A DNA stretch of 64,000 nucleotides from Octopus vulgaris (GCA_951406725.2 OX597828.1:50778001-50842000); one strand, 5' to 3'. Positions 1 to 13,540 are shown, counted from the stretch's first letter. The notes: a model not told the origin generated them from the letters alone. Made by a program: numbers and translations.

Positions 1-4
1 TAAA

Positions 5-20
5 GATGATGACGATGCTT

Positions 21-94
<74 letters not shown>

Positions 95-137
95 GATGAT
101 GATGACGATGATGATAATGATGATGACGATGACGATG

Positions 138-197
<60 letters not shown>

Positions 198-212
198 GCG
201 ATGACAATGATG
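5..212. repeat. (GAT)n microsatellite
   Basis: Near-pure GAT trinucleotide tract; explains the poly-M and poly-S ORFs. Confidence 0.95.
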
Positions 213-319
213 AAGCTGGAGGGGGGGATATTATTGCTGAGGATCAGTTCCCCCAACTAAGAATTAACCCGGTAATTTTCTGAAGTATAAAAGTGGCCCA
301 TCGTATCATGTATACAGAG

Positions 320-1268
320 AATATCCACAGATAATCGATCACATAATCTCTGGATTTAGACGGCTGGTATCTACAAAGTACTTGCAAGGCCATAAGATAG
401 CTCAGTTCCCACACTGCTCAATATGCAGCACATACAACCCCACTCTGAAAGAGTATTTGTCGGAGCATAAGTCACCAGAAGTTGCCCTTAATGATGAAGA
501 CATCATCTTTTAGTATTTCAGTAATCAAACTGACCGAAGTATTGTGTTGTCCGGAAAGATCGTGCCGATTTTGAAAGGAAAGAAAAAGGTCAATAAATAC
601 TTGCCATTACATTTTTAATCAACCAAATATGAACCATTTTGTTGCACAATACCTCTCCATCTTTCCTTTAACATGAACATACACTCTTCCCAGAATTGAG
701 GTGGTTTCATGACAAAGAATTCATCAAGGTACCTTTTTACGTCATCCAAGGAATTGAAATTTTTACCATTACGACTATTCTGCAGAGACCTGAATAAGTG
801 GAAATCCGAAGGATCAGCATCTGTTGAATATGGAGGGTGGGGTAACACATTCCAGCCGAGCTGCAGCAATTTTTGTCAGGCTCCCAAAGCATCAAGTGTC
901 GAAAATGAACTTTCTTATCTTCCATTATAAAGGGCTGCAGAATTAACACAGGTTATAGGAACATAAACCTTCTTCCACGAAAAGATAGCTGAAACTGTGC
1001 TCTAAATGGAGGTGTAGTCAAATCCTATTTTATGGACTCAACCATATTCTAAAATAAGTCGAAATGTAAGCTACTATAAATCGGCACGAACTTTCCGGAC
1101 AACCCAATAATACAGGCTAACCACCAGATAACAATGTGAAAAATCACGTTGAAAACATTTATATTTTTCTTGATGTTGCTGACCCAGCTGCCGAAAACAC
1201 ATCTGAAAACATTTGGGACATTGAGTAAATATAATAACTTGGAGATAGAAATGAGAAGAATATGGCAT
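320..1268 (+). mobile_element. Degenerate R4/Dong-like non-LTR retrotransposon fragment (zinc knuckle plus restriction-like endonuclease), split by a mariner insertion
   Basis: Frameshifted translation IDHIISG...EHKSPEV...QTDR up to 540, resuming after 1109 with QAN..D, FLDVADP and SKYNNLEIEMRRIWH (PD..D/E..KYxxL RLE motifs). Confidence 0.65.
542..1107 (-). mobile_element. Internally deleted mariner transposon with TIRs and TA target-site duplication
   Basis: ~30 bp TIRs at 542-571 and 1078-1107; TA at 540-541 and 1108-1109; ORF 615-869(-) LGWNVLPHPPYSTDADPSDFHLFRSLQN is a decayed YSPDLAPSDFHLF motif. Confidence 0.9.
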
Positions 1269-1279
1269 TATCTATTGAT

Positions 1280-1472
1280 ATTGGTCTCAAATTGTGTCAC
1301 AAGGTTTAGAGTTTCCGGGGATACGTTAGTTGATTACATAAACCCCAGTGCTGAATTGGTACTTAATTTAACGACCCGGAAACGGATGGAAGTCAAAATC
1401 GACTTCGGCATAATTTGAATTCAGAACGAAAAGACGGAAATGTCGGTAACACTTCTGCCAACTTACCGTCTT
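1280..1472 (-). mobile_element. SINE family C copy (diverged)
   Basis: Similar to the reverse complement of the 60008-60238 and 6828-7040 copies. Confidence 0.7.
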
Positions 1473-2129
1473 ATTTTCTATAGATATTGACGATTGTGCC
1501 CGGTGGCGTCTTGTGTTACTCCAGTACCAGTAACAAACATAATCACTTGCCGTTGCTCTTTTTGTCCTCTTACGCTTTCTGGAGAGAAATATTTAAATGG
1601 CCTTTTACATTCACACGTAGCAGCTGTGGTTTCTGTCTTGAATGCTGAACTTTAAGGTCCTTTTCTACGCATCGTCTACAGAGTTCTTGCAGGCTTAATG
1701 GTCATAGGGTCCCCACTTGCCATTAAATGCATGAAATTACATAGGCAAAAACAACACGCAGATATTCTGCGAAATACATCGATGCAATCTAGGAATCGAC
1801 TTATCACAGATGTCCTTGATGGCGTCTTGCATTCTCAAAATATTCTAGGACTCTTTTATAGCTATTTTTCGTATTTTAGTGTCCTTCGTCTGAAATTGTT
1901 CGTCACAAATCCTGTGACCTCTTCAGGACTTTCCCTCCCACGTGCCTACTCCTTTTCTATTTAATCCATTTTGTCTTTCTGCAGTGTGTATCCTTATCTG
2001 CGCATGTGCTTGCATTTGTATCTGTGTGTGTGTGTGTGTGTGCGTGTATGTGTGCTTGGGAGCGTGTCTTTGTGTTTAGTATGTGAGTTTTCTGTATATA
2101 TATATACACACACACACACACACTTACAC

Positions 2130-2352
2130 TTCATAACGAAGACATAACACGATGTTTTGAGAAATTTGAAAAGTTAACACGAAACCGGTAATTTCTTCAA
2201 AAACTATGTCACTATGAAGAAATTTTATAACATTCTTCTGACATAATGATAAATATATTTTTCAACCTTTTAAAACAAGCCTTCTGTAGTTTTTTCACTT
2301 TTTACTATTTTCTATATATTCAACCACGTGCTTTCACACACCAACTTTCTCA

Positions 2353-2355
<3 letters not shown>
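2130..2355 (+). mobile_element. Penelope-like element 3' end (same family as 53178-53926) with hammerhead-like motif at 2159-2197
   Basis: Shares GAAACCGGTAATTTCTT, AAGCCTTCTGT.GTTTTTTCACT.TTTACTATTTTCT and the terminal CCACGTGCTTT tail with the 53.2-53.9 kb element; ends in (TA)n. Confidence 0.75.
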
Positions 2356-2403
<48 letters not shown>

Positions 2404-2639
2404 GGTTTAGCTTACTATAGTGTTTGCACTCATGCACTTTATTTAGTTTTTTATTCATTTATTAATTTATTTATTTCTCTTCCTTTCTCATTCCGTCTTA
2501 AGTATGTGTATGTGTGTTGTGCGTGCGTGAATATAGGTGTTTATATATTATACTGTTTGTATCTATATCTTTTTTCTGCTCTCATTCTGTCCTTAGTTGT
2601 TATATTGCGTAGTGTGGTGCAGGGGTGTTATCGCTCCAT

Positions 2640-3480
2640 TCATGTTTTCTTTTGAGGGTCGGTATGTCTACTAGTATATATGTGGTCTCGCCAACCTAAG
2701 TGTCGTGTCTATGTTATTAACCGAGCCTCTGTCTTTTAATTGAGCATGTTGACAGAGTAGTGACCAGCTTTTCTGCTTTTTGAACTCCGGCCAGTGTCCA
2801 ACGATCCGCTCCCTTATGCTACGTGTTGTCTCCCCAATGTATGTTGTCTTGTTTCTGAACCGTCCCTCAGTACACACCGTATACGACAGACAACATCCCT
2901 AATCTTACAGTTAACCTGTGGGTTCACCCTACCTACTAAACAGTTGTTCTCCGTACTCAGAGACTTTTCAAATGGATATGTTCAACAAATCAAGGATTTT
3001 GTGGGGTTTCCATGCTTTTCTATTACTTTAATTCGCAGATTTACCTTATTTAAGGTTTTCTTAAAATGGCATGCTAGATCTCCCGCTATATATATGGTTG
3101 TCATACTATGAGTTGGTCTTATCTATCTTCTTCATGATAAACATTTTTAAACAAAAGATAAAACATGAAAATACGTTCACGTCCACATGAGGTCGTGCAC
3201 GAGATGACCTCCGTTTCCGTTTCCTGAGTTGTGAGTGATTGTTCTTTCGAAATATTGGCCCACTACTTTTGTTTCTAACATAGCTGTTTCTTGCTATTCT
3301 TGCCTTCTTATTTCTTGAAAACAAAAGGCATCATCAACCACATGATCTTTTCTTCAGTACTCATTTCCCGTCACTCTTGCGGTAAAGATTAGTTCAATGG
3401 AAGGGTGACGACCTGACAAATCCCGTTTTCTTAGAAATTATTCAAAGCTAAAACACCGTCTTTATGATGGCAGAGGTAAA
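2640..3480 (-). mobile_element. Degenerate Penelope-like retroelement fragment (GIY-YIG endonuclease)
   Basis: ORF 2671-2877(-) TYIGETTRSIRERIVGH...LCQHA matches YIGxT..R..EH; upstream C..DVV.RI.C. The upstream boundary is uncertain. Confidence 0.65.
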
Positions 3481-4507
3481 GCAGGCTCATTTAAAACTAC
3501 TGCTGTAATATTCATAGTTTTTTCCCCACTAAAACGTACCTGTTTCAGAGTGTTTCTACTGTTGTTGTGTAAAATATTTGTTAAACTGTTCGAATTGTTT
3601 TATTTTTTTTTTATTAAAAGCTAATATAAATTCCTGTACCATTTTTCTATTGTCGTAAACGTTCATTCAGTGTTGTAACGTGGTTTTGTACTGCGTCTAT
3701 TGAATTCTATTTCCCAAAAGAATTATTTTATTTATTTATTTTATTTATTTTATTTATTTCAATCGAGAATGATTAACATGAGGAAACGCAACTTGTTCGC
3801 CACGACAAGCTCCAATAATACCGATTTAAAATATAATAAATCAAAATAAAAAAATGACGAAAAGTCGAAGGATGACCGAGAAGGTAATAGGTGTAAAATT
3901 TATTTATCATAACCTTATACAGTTAACGTCTTGTAATCTTCAATGTTGTTGGCGATCTGAGACAGCGACGTAGGAACTATTTATTGGGAGATCAGTCCAA
4001 ATAAAGAAAAAACTGATTCCCCTTCCCCAACGCAAACATATGCAAGCATACAAATAAGCACTACATCATTCACCCTAAGATTATCGATTGAGGAATTCGC
4101 ATTTTGAATTTAATGCCTAAAAAGATTTATCAAATAGTACATGAACTAATACATGACCAAACTTGCTACCCAGCTAAAATGAGGACAGTTCATATAAAAG
4201 GCCGGACATTATTCATGTAAATCTCGTACATAAAACAGAAAATATATAAATGTTCACGTGTTTGTTTTACTAAAAGTGACACTTTATCCAAGATAGGAAA
4301 TTACGACAGTATTCTCGCATAATACTTGAGACAACTATAGCCTAGATCGCTAGTATGGCGTTGGACAACGACCTAGCTAACAACATTAAGGCGTTGGACA
4401 TTAACAAGATAACTGGCTGAAAGACGAAACATGAAAGAAATAAAAATATATAAAAATAAAAATATGCATAAAAGTTTGTAAGATAAGCACACGTCCAGAA
4501 TATGTAT

Positions 4508-4772
4508 TACTCTTTTACTCTTTTACTTGTTTTAGTCATTTGACTGTGGCCATGCTAGAGCACCGCTTTTAGTCGAGCAAATCGACACCCAGGACTTATT
4601 CTTTTGTAAGCCTAGTACTTATTCTATCGGTCTCTTTTGCCGAATCGCTAAGTTACGGGGACGTAAACACACAAGCATCAGTTGTCAAGCGATGTTGGAG
4701 GAACAAACACAGACACACAAACATATATACACACACACTCACATACATACATACATACATACATACATACAT

Positions 4773-4809
<37 letters not shown>

Positions 4810-4845
4810 TACATACATACATACATACATACATACATACATACA

Positions 4846-4933
<88 letters not shown>

Positions 4934-5106
4934 CATATTATACGACGAGCTTTTTTCAGTTTCCGTCTACCAAATTCAATCACAAGGCTTTGGTCGGTCC
5001 GAGGCTATAGTGGATGACACTTTACCAAGGTGACACGCAGTGGGACTGAACCCGGAACCAAGTGGTTCGTAAGCAAGCTACTTACCACACAGCCACTCTT
5101 ACGCCT
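4508..5106 (-). mobile_element. SINE family A (tRNA-like head, internal microsatellite, (AAAAGAGT)n tail)
   Basis: Reverse complement of the 12671-13092 element; internal (CATA)n/(TA)n tract is expanded. Confidence 0.9.
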
Positions 5107-5325
5107 ATGATAATAAAAATTATAAATAACGAGCTCATATCAAAGGCGATGCTCCAGCGTAGTCGCAGTACTATGGCAGAAACCATTATAAGAATAAAAG
5201 AAAGCGATAAAAAATTTTAAACTGAAAGCATTCAAAGTATAAATCTCAAAGATATCTGAAACTTGGCAAAACAATGTAACAAAGCCATTCCTCATAACGA
5301 ATCATAAAAGCTTAAGCAGAATAAT

Positions 5326-5617
5326 GTGGAGGCGCAATGGCCTAGTGGTGGGGGCAGCGGACTCACATTTGGAGGATCGCGGTTTCGATTACCAGACCGG
5401 GCGTTGTGTGTGCTTATTGAGCGAAAACACATAAAAGCTCCACGAAGCTCTGACAAGGGGTGATGGTGACCCATGTTGCACTCTTTCGCCACAACTTTCT
5501 CTCTCTTCTTGTTTCTTGAGTAACGTGGGGAGGGGGTACACACATACGCAACAGAAACCGGGAAACCGGGCCCATGAGCCTGGCCCGGCTTGAAAAGGGC
5601 GACGTTTATCGTTAACG
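5326..5617 (+). mobile_element. SINE family B (tRNA-derived) with 13 bp TSD
   Basis: A box TGGCCTAGTGG, B box GGTTTCGATT; TSD TAAGCAGAATAAT at 5313-5325 and 5618-5630. Confidence 0.9.
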
Positions 5618-5797
5618 TAAGCAGAATAATAAAGAGGGAAAATATAAATAAAGAAGAATATACTGAAGATTTGAAAACAGAAAAGTTTAAAATGTAGAAG
5701 TCACGAGCATGATAATCTACACTGGGGAATACGTAAGGAATTAAAAGCAATACTAAACAACAGTACGCACCATTAATTTAACCGGTATTACGAAGAA

Positions 5798-6184
5798 GTG
5801 GAGGCGCAATGGCCCAGTGGTTAGGGCACCGGACGCGCGGTCGTAGGATCGCGGTTTCGATTCCCAGACCGGGCGTTGTGAGTGTTTATTGAGCGAAAAC
5901 GCCTAAAGCTCCACGAGGCTCCGGCAGGGGATGATGGTGATCCCTGCTGTACTCTTTCACCGCAACTTTCTCTCACTCTTTCTTTCTGTTTCTGTTGTAC
6001 CTGTATTTGAAGGGGACGGCCTTGTCACTCTCTGTGTCACGCTGAATATCCCCGAGAACTACGTTAAGGGTACACGTGTCTGTGGAGTGCTCAGCCACTT
6101 ACACGTTAATTTCACGAGCAGGCTGTTCCGTTGATCGGATCAACCGGAACCCTTGTCGTCGTAACCGACGGAGTGCTTCTATCA
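5798..6184 (+). mobile_element. SINE family B, alternative tail, 11 bp TSD
   Basis: Same tRNA head; TSD ATTACGAAGAA at 5787-5797 and 6185-6195. Confidence 0.9.
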
Positions 6185-6299
6185 ATTACGAAGAAACAAA
6201 ACTTTACGGTTAAACAGCAACGGAAATAGAAAGAAAAGGTAATTCCTGCTAGCACAACCGTAAAAAAATAATAAATCAATCATAAAAATCTGTATTCGT

Positions 6300-6513
6300 G
6301 TCAAGTTTTGGCACAATGCAAGAAATTTAGGGGTGGGAGACGGGTATGTGGGTTACATCGACATCAGTACTTAGCTGCTATTTATCTCATCGACCCCGAA
6401 AAGACGAAAGACTCAATTGACCTCATCGGATTTTGAACTGAGAAAGGGGAGACGGACAAAATGTTCGTAAGCGTTTCGCTCGGCCTTCTCAATATTCTGC
6501 CAGTTCGCCACCT
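6300..6513 (-). mobile_element. SINE family C copy (diverged)
   Basis: ATCGACCCCGAAA...GACCTC...TTTGAACT core shared with other family C copies. Confidence 0.75.
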
Positions 6514-6559
6514 TAAACACTAACACATACACATACATGGATATGTATATATATGTATA

Positions 6560-6617
<58 letters not shown>

Positions 6618-6762
6618 TTATTTACATACACACGCACACATACAGACACACACATATATATATAAATTCATATATATATACATACATATAATATGCATAA
6701 TACACATACACATATGCACATATATATCTAATATATATGTAATATGTATATTACACACATAC

Positions 6763-6795
<33 letters not shown>

Positions 6796-6827
6796 TACTC
6801 ACCCACCCATTCACACACACATGTATT

Positions 6828-7040
6828 CCTGTCAACTCTAGGCACAAGGCCCTAAATTTTGGGGGAGGGGGCCAGTCGATTAGATCGACCCCAGTACGCA
6901 ACTGGTACTTAATTTATCGACCCCGAAATGATGAAAGGCAAAGTCGACCTCGGCAGAATTTGAATTCAGAACGTAAAGACAGACGAAAAACCGCGAAGCA
7001 TTTCGCCCGGTGTGCTAACGTTTCTGCCACTTCGCCGTCT
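6828..7040 (-). mobile_element. SINE family C (Nin/Deu-domain-like central core)
   Basis: On the minus strand carries GCCTTTCATC.TTTCGGGGTCGATAAATTAAGTACCAG, resembling the Deu/Nin SINE domain. Confidence 0.85.
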
Positions 7041-8319
7041 CACACATCACATATATTAGCTAAAATAAGTAATATATGCAATAATCTTTATAAATACAAT
7101 TAATATGCGTGTTCCTTTATATAAGTGTAAAAATCCAAGGAAACGACATAGAGTGAACCAGAGAGAAAAGGTGTAACAGTTAGCTAGTTAGTGATCAAAA
7201 GCATCGGTGCCTTTAATTTTGATGATGTCATTCATTTGACTATTCGCTTTCATTCTTTGCGAATAATTCCAGTTTATTAGACATCAGGTATTTTCCACAA
7301 ACCGCTTTCTTTTGATAATGTGACACATTTGGTTTGTTTGTTAGGTGTCTTCTTGTTAAGTGTGGTTGACTTTAATTTCAGCTTGTCTCTGCCTAACTGA
7401 CAGAATATATTTTTGGTATGCCCTTGGCTTGTGTTGGCCAATAACGACTTGCATTAAATTTAAGTACCAAAATATTCATACAGAATCTTGGAACCATTAC
7501 TGCGATCGCAGAAAAGAGAAAAGAATTGCAGATTTCCAAACTTGATAAAAGACACACCACTACCAGACTGAATCCATATTTCACGTCTTCTCAATATTTT
7601 GAATTCTTCTCGTGCTTCGTGTTCTGCATATCACACAGATGCACACACAGATGCACACATGCATTAATAAAAAAAAAACGGAAACCTTTTTAGATTCATT
7701 CTGACATGATGTTATCAACATATCTTTTATTTGGCAGTATTAAAGAGATTTTCAACATGTTCTTTCCAGCACACCTCTTCCAAGAAATAAAATTTTATGT
7801 GCTACAACAATTTTGTTTTTCCACTGTTAATTTTATCTGCTTCAAGATCTTATCTGCCAAATTTTATTATCTGGTTCCCCCAGAATTTGGCTCTTTATAT
7901 TCTATGCTTTAAGTTGTCTCTTTCAAAAAACATCCGCAGTTTGGGTTATCTTCATTTAATACGATAACGGCCCTCAAATTTTATCAAAATAAAAATCTTT
8001 GAAGACTTAATGAATGAAATTAGTGACGAAATGACACAAATGAAGAAATAAAGTAGGCTGTACAGAAGCATGAGAACATGACAAATAGAGGTTTCTGAAT
8101 TCAAATCACGTCTGAAAGGAGTGATGGGATCACTAAGTCGTAAAGAATTTTTGATTAATTGTCGAAGAAAAGAGCAATTACAGAAGCCTGTAGTGGGAAA
8201 GAACTGTTTGAATATGGCTCAACTAGCAGAACATTTTTAACAGATTTCACCCTGTGTAGTTTATGGGAATATTAGTAATGGATAACGTAGTACCAATAGT
8301 ACTGAAGTATTTTAAACAT

Positions 8320-8633
8320 TCGATAAACATCGCCCTTTTCAAGCCTGGCCAGGCTCATGGGACCGGTTTCCCGGTTTCTGTGACGTATGTACTCCCCCCA
8401 GCTGGACGGGACGCCAGTCCATCGCAGTGTTACTCAAGAAACAGGAAAAGAGAGAGAAAAGTTGTGACGAATGAGTATAACAGGGGTCACCACCACCCTA
8501 TGCCGGAGCCTCGTGAAGCAGCTTTTAAGGGTTTTCACTCAATAAACATACACAACGCCCGGTCTGGGAATCGAAATCGCGATCCTTCGACCGCGAGTCC
8601 GCTGCCCTAACCATTAGGCCATTGCACCTCCAC
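8320..8633 (-). mobile_element. SINE family B with 16 bp TSD
   Basis: TSD GAAGTATTTTAAACAT at 8304-8319 and 8634-8649; same head and tail as 5326-5617. Confidence 0.92.
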
Positions 8634-9329
8634 GAAGTATTTTAAACATGGAATTAAATAAATGCCAAACATTTCAGCGAATACAAAGTGAAGAACATCT
8701 CCATAAAAAGAGAATCATTCCATGTAGACTTTACCCGTCCCTCTGCACATGATTTTTTATTATCTGGCATCAGTTACTTACTTGCTATGTTAAGCAAGAA
8801 TGGAGCACGTTAAGATAGATACGTGAATCTAATCAATGACCTTCACGATGAAATCAGATTTCTGCAGATGATAAAATAACTAGACATACTGCTGCATATA
8901 GTACACAGATTTACTAAAGAAAATGACATAATATTCGGATAAAAAGAGTTCCGAAGATAGATTAATGAAGAACTGTTATTCGGATCTAACGGTGACATGT
9001 CACAATCATGACAGTATCAGGTATAATATCCTGCTCTATCTATTACGGTCCGTTAGACTTCAGTTACAAGTGAAATCGAAGTCAAATTTATAAATAGTTA
9101 CTTGGTGTCGATGAATAAATTAGCAAAGTGTTGGTTTTGACTCTTATCCCTCACTTTATTTCTCCCGCTTCGCACCGTGAGACAAACTAGACATATTAAA
9201 ACACACAAATGTAGGCAAGAGTTAGAAATGTTGAGATATTCTGCTCCCTTTCTGAAAAGACAATGTTAGTACTGTGACACTGGGTCTGTGAGTTTTTACT
9301 GTGCAGAATGAAGAAAGAATACTGTCGGC

Positions 9330-10195
9330 AGCCATGGTTACAAAAATGGACCGAAATAGTAGGAGGATTCAACTAGAAAAAGAACAGATCAAAAGATAAA
9401 AGGGAAAGTAACTTCATGGCCAATTCATGCAACAAACGGAGAACATTGGAAGTAAAGATCAATGGGTCTGCTTGATAGAGGGGAACTTGGAATGAGAGGC
9501 AGAAACGCTAATTATAGCCGCTCAGCCCTTAGAAGAAACACAAAAATGGCAAAAATAAGAAACATCTCAGTCAGACAACAAATCTAGCATCTGGAGCAAA
9601 CGAGAGGGAAGTATCGATTACCACAAAAGGAGTATAAACGCATTGATGACTGTGTAAGCAAAAGAAAGCACTGAAATGAGACAAGTATGTAGCTGTAAAA
9701 CAACAGAAAAGTTGTATGAATATGAACCAGATCTTGTGATATAAAATGGTAATTACAAGATCTTGTGGAATTTCCCCATAAAAACCGATTATACTCTTGA
9801 AACAAGAAGACCGGATTTGATCACAGAAGACAAAATAAACAGAGACAGATCATAGCTTTTTCAATTCTATGTGATAGCAGAGTCGATACCAAAGAAATTA
9901 AACAAATGAGAAATATAACAATCTAGCCAGAGAACATTGGAGTCGGTGGAAGACCAAGACAACAATTATTCCTGTAGCAATTGGTGCATTTGGGACATTA
10001 CCCAAAATGCTACCTAAAAGATTGTATGAGATTGAAACTGAAACTAGCAGAAAAGTACTATATTATATTCTACAAGAATCCTACTGAAATTTGAGGAGGC
10101 TTGTTACCAGATCTCAAGATAAAATACCTGCTAATTAAATTAGCTTGTACTAGCATAATAATGATAATAACAATACTACTACTACTAATAATAAT
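9330..10195 (+). mobile_element. Degenerate R4/Dong-like LINE 3' part (RLE domain) ending near (AAT)n
   Basis: Frameshifted motifs LHGQF, EAETLIIAAQ, RRPDLITEDK, KYNNLARE and TIIPVAIGAFGTLPK. Confidence 0.75.
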
Positions 10196-11476
10196 TCAGA
10201 CACAAGAGCGATAATTTTGAGGGAAGGGAATTAGTCATGTATTTGATTTTATCCATATATTTGATTGGTACCACACGTTATCGATTTCATTGGAAAGAAA
10301 AACAAAACTGATCTCGGCGGTGGATTTCTCTGCAGAAGGTAAAGAGCTGGAATAAAAACATCAAATTAATGTTCTGGATGCTATAACAATTCTACTTGAA
10401 AAATGTAATGATTCTGATTCAAAGGTTTTTAACCCAAAATTGTAAAGCAATAACACCAAAACAATAAAAAGGATATAAAGAAAATTGAAGTAAAATTTCA
10501 AATGAAGTCGAGATGCATGCTTAATAAGTGAATCAAAGAATTAATTTATTCAAAAAATGGAAATGAGTCTGTTAAAAGTTGATTCATCATTTTGTATGCG
10601 TGTGAGTGTGTTTCTGTGTGTCTGTGGTTGATTTTTTTTTGTTTTTGAAGTGATGGTCATTAAGAATGGTAAATACTCTCACTTTTAATGTCATTTTCTT
10701 CATATATTTGGCATTGAAATATTAAGTCAGGTTTTACACCAAAAGTCCAAACAACATTTAAAAAGAGACATGGAAATTGATAAAGAAACATAGCTCAAGC
10801 GAATGCAAAATATCCAGTTTTCGGTGGCACGACGACAGTGCGGATTAGAAATATCTGTTTCAAAACTGATTTTGCACTGAGAAAGTTATTGATTATATCT
10901 TTTAACACAAAAATCAAACTAACAAAACGAAACGAAAGAAAAAAATAAGAAATAAACAGAAAAAACAATGGAAAAAATAAAAGCAATTTAGAATTCATTC
11001 TCGAAATATATTTTTCATTTGTGATTTTTTGTTAACATTTATATTTTTCAGATTTTTTTTCATTTATTGTAACATTACTGGCTCATAATCTTCTATTTGT
11101 TGAATACAAGAATCACGTTATCACAGAGTTGATGACTTGCTGCCGAAATCCATTAAGACATCTTTTGCTCTCTATCCTTTTCTCTCTGTCTCTATCTTTT
11201 TCTCCAATGCCGAAGAACAAGCATAAATCAAAACAAATCACATTTCAAACAGGTTAACAATTGAATGTATTAATACGATTGTTGATTTATTATATTTATT
11301 ACAAGAGTTACAACTTTGAGATTCAGGACATTTTTACGAAATTTTCGTTTGATGATCATTTGCGAGACATATATATTTGAAGACACACGCAAATATACAT
11401 TTTTAGGTATATATATAAGCACATATGCATATATAAACACACGTAGAATGATATTTATAAATACCTCTCTCTCTCT

Positions 11477-11547
<71 letters not shown>

Positions 11548-11561
11548 TTATGTATACATAC

Positions 11562-11616
<55 letters not shown>

Positions 11617-11620
11617 TATA

Positions 11621-11837
11621 TAATCAATTAATCAATTTAGGGTAGCAAAAAATTCAATAGAAATTATTTTGCCACCAGCGGTCTAGTGAGAAAGAGGAAA
11701 TAGTCAGAGACTATGAATAAATTCAACAACAGTCGAGGAACGGCTACAATAGGCCGTTCGACCCACTAGAAATAGCTGCTGGCTGCTATTTCTAGTGGGT
11801 CGAACGGCCTATTGTAGCCGTTCCCCAATTGTTGTTG
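11621..11837. mobile_element. Fold-back insertion in (TA)n: ~100 bp unique tail plus 53 bp inverted repeat
   Basis: Arms 11724-11776 and 11785-11837, 8 nt loop; (TA)n on both flanks. PLE origin inferred from architecture only. Confidence 0.7.
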
Positions 11838-12615
11838 TATATATATATATATATATTTATACGTACAAACATACATACAGAGAAAGTTGTGCAATGTATT
11901 GGGGAAGATTTTACTGAATATTTCTAACAAAGTATTGATACTCTGGACAAGAGCAATCTATTCAAAACCTCTTCACATATTTCGGAACCTCGTGTACAAC
12001 AGAACGTATTTTGCAGCCATATATATATATTCCATTGGAATGTACAGAATACTCAAAACTAACATAATTTAAAATCAAATTTCAAATTTTAAATTTCCGA
12101 TCCCTTTCCTTGACCATAAACCATAACCCCATATCTGGAAAGTGCAAAGAAACAAGATTTATACTGGTTGATGGCATAACATATTTGGGTAATGTTTCAT
12201 AATAATTAGTAAATCTCGTTGATCATGAAAGTATTATTCTAAAGTTTAACTGATAAACAAATATCCTTGAATGTACTTACGTGGTTCTTCTCAGGAAAAA
12301 CCACGCAATTAAAATGGCGATCCCATAGATTATAAACGAGGGCGATAATTAAATACGTCCCCCAGTTTACAAATCCTAACAGTACTTGGATAGTTTTAAC
12401 ATAATTCATGTTGCCACAAGCATTCGAACCAGCTTTATATTTGCCCCTCACAGAGATATGTCATTCTTGTTACAGTTCACGCATCAACTGAGTTAATCTC
12501 CAGAGTTTGAGTAGAGTACAAAAGTCAGAGTTACTGCCGCTTGCTAACTCACCAACTCAGATATACATACATACATGCATGCAGCATACATACATACATA
12601 CATCATATATATACG

Positions 12616-12647
<32 letters not shown>

Positions 12648-12670
12648 TATAAATATATATATATATATGT

Positions 12671-13092
12671 AGGCTCAGGAGTGGCTGTGTGGTAAGTAGC
12701 TTGCTAACCAACCACATGGTTCCGGGTTCAGTCCCACTGCGTGGCATCTTGGGCAAGTGTCTTCTGCTATAGCCCCGGGCCGACCAATGCCTTGTGAGTG
12801 GATTTGGTAGACGGAAACAACTGAAAGAAGCCTGTCGTATATATGTATATATATGTATATTTATGTTTGTGTGTGTGTGTGTGTTTGTGTCTGTGTTTGT
12901 CCCCCTAGCATTGCTTGACAACCGATGCTGGTGTGTTTACGTCCCCGTCACTTAGCGGTTCGGCAAAAGAGACCGATAGAATAAGTACTGGGCTTACAAA
13001 GAATAAGTCCCGGGGTCGAGTTGCTCGACTAAAGGCGGTGCTCCAGCATGGCCGCAGTCAAATGGCTGAAACAAGTAAAAGAGTAAAAGAGT
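12671..13092 (+). mobile_element. SINE family A, full length
   Basis: Head GGAGTGGCTGTGTGGTAAG...GGGTTCAGTCCC (A/B box-like), internal (TA)/(TG) tract, tail AAAAGAGTAAAAGAGT. Confidence 0.92.
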
Positions 13093-13540
13093 ATATATAT
13101 ATATGCATAAATAATAGACAAACACGAACACACACACGCACACACATATACATATATACATATATTCACTTTGTAAGATGTTATGAACCAAGAATTACTT
13201 TGAAGCAAATATATCAATGGAATTAAGTAATAAATCATTTCTTTATAACTGTATAAGCTGTCATTGTCGACCAGACGCTTTCACACAATTAAAAGGTTTT
13301 TTTCATGATAATTATGTGTATTTGTTTCAATACGACGGCCATATTTCTTTGAAATATCATCTAACGAAAGCTATGATTTCAGAGAAACGTGCGTGTTCGT
13401 GCGTTGCGTGTCCGTGGGTGTAAAATAGTAATTGGCGTGGGTGCAGTGCGTCAGCACCACGTTAGTAAACTTATACGCATAAAATATATTCATATATATA
13501 TATATATACTCTTAAAATATATTCATATATATATATATAT

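Noticed and set aside
6-260. Low-complexity ORFs here and throughout (poly-M, YIYI, MYVC, YLSI, poly-L/I)
   Set aside because: All are stop-free frames of simple repeats.
5798-5875. tRNA-like heads (also at 44630-44699 and 46299-46370) as real tRNA genes
   Set aside because: Acceptor stems do not close; they run into SINE bodies, some with TSDs.
12544-12921. Recurrent ORF RLPNPLTRHWSARGYSRRHLPKMPRSGTEPG in several places
   Set aside because: Antisense translation of SINE family A, not a protein family.
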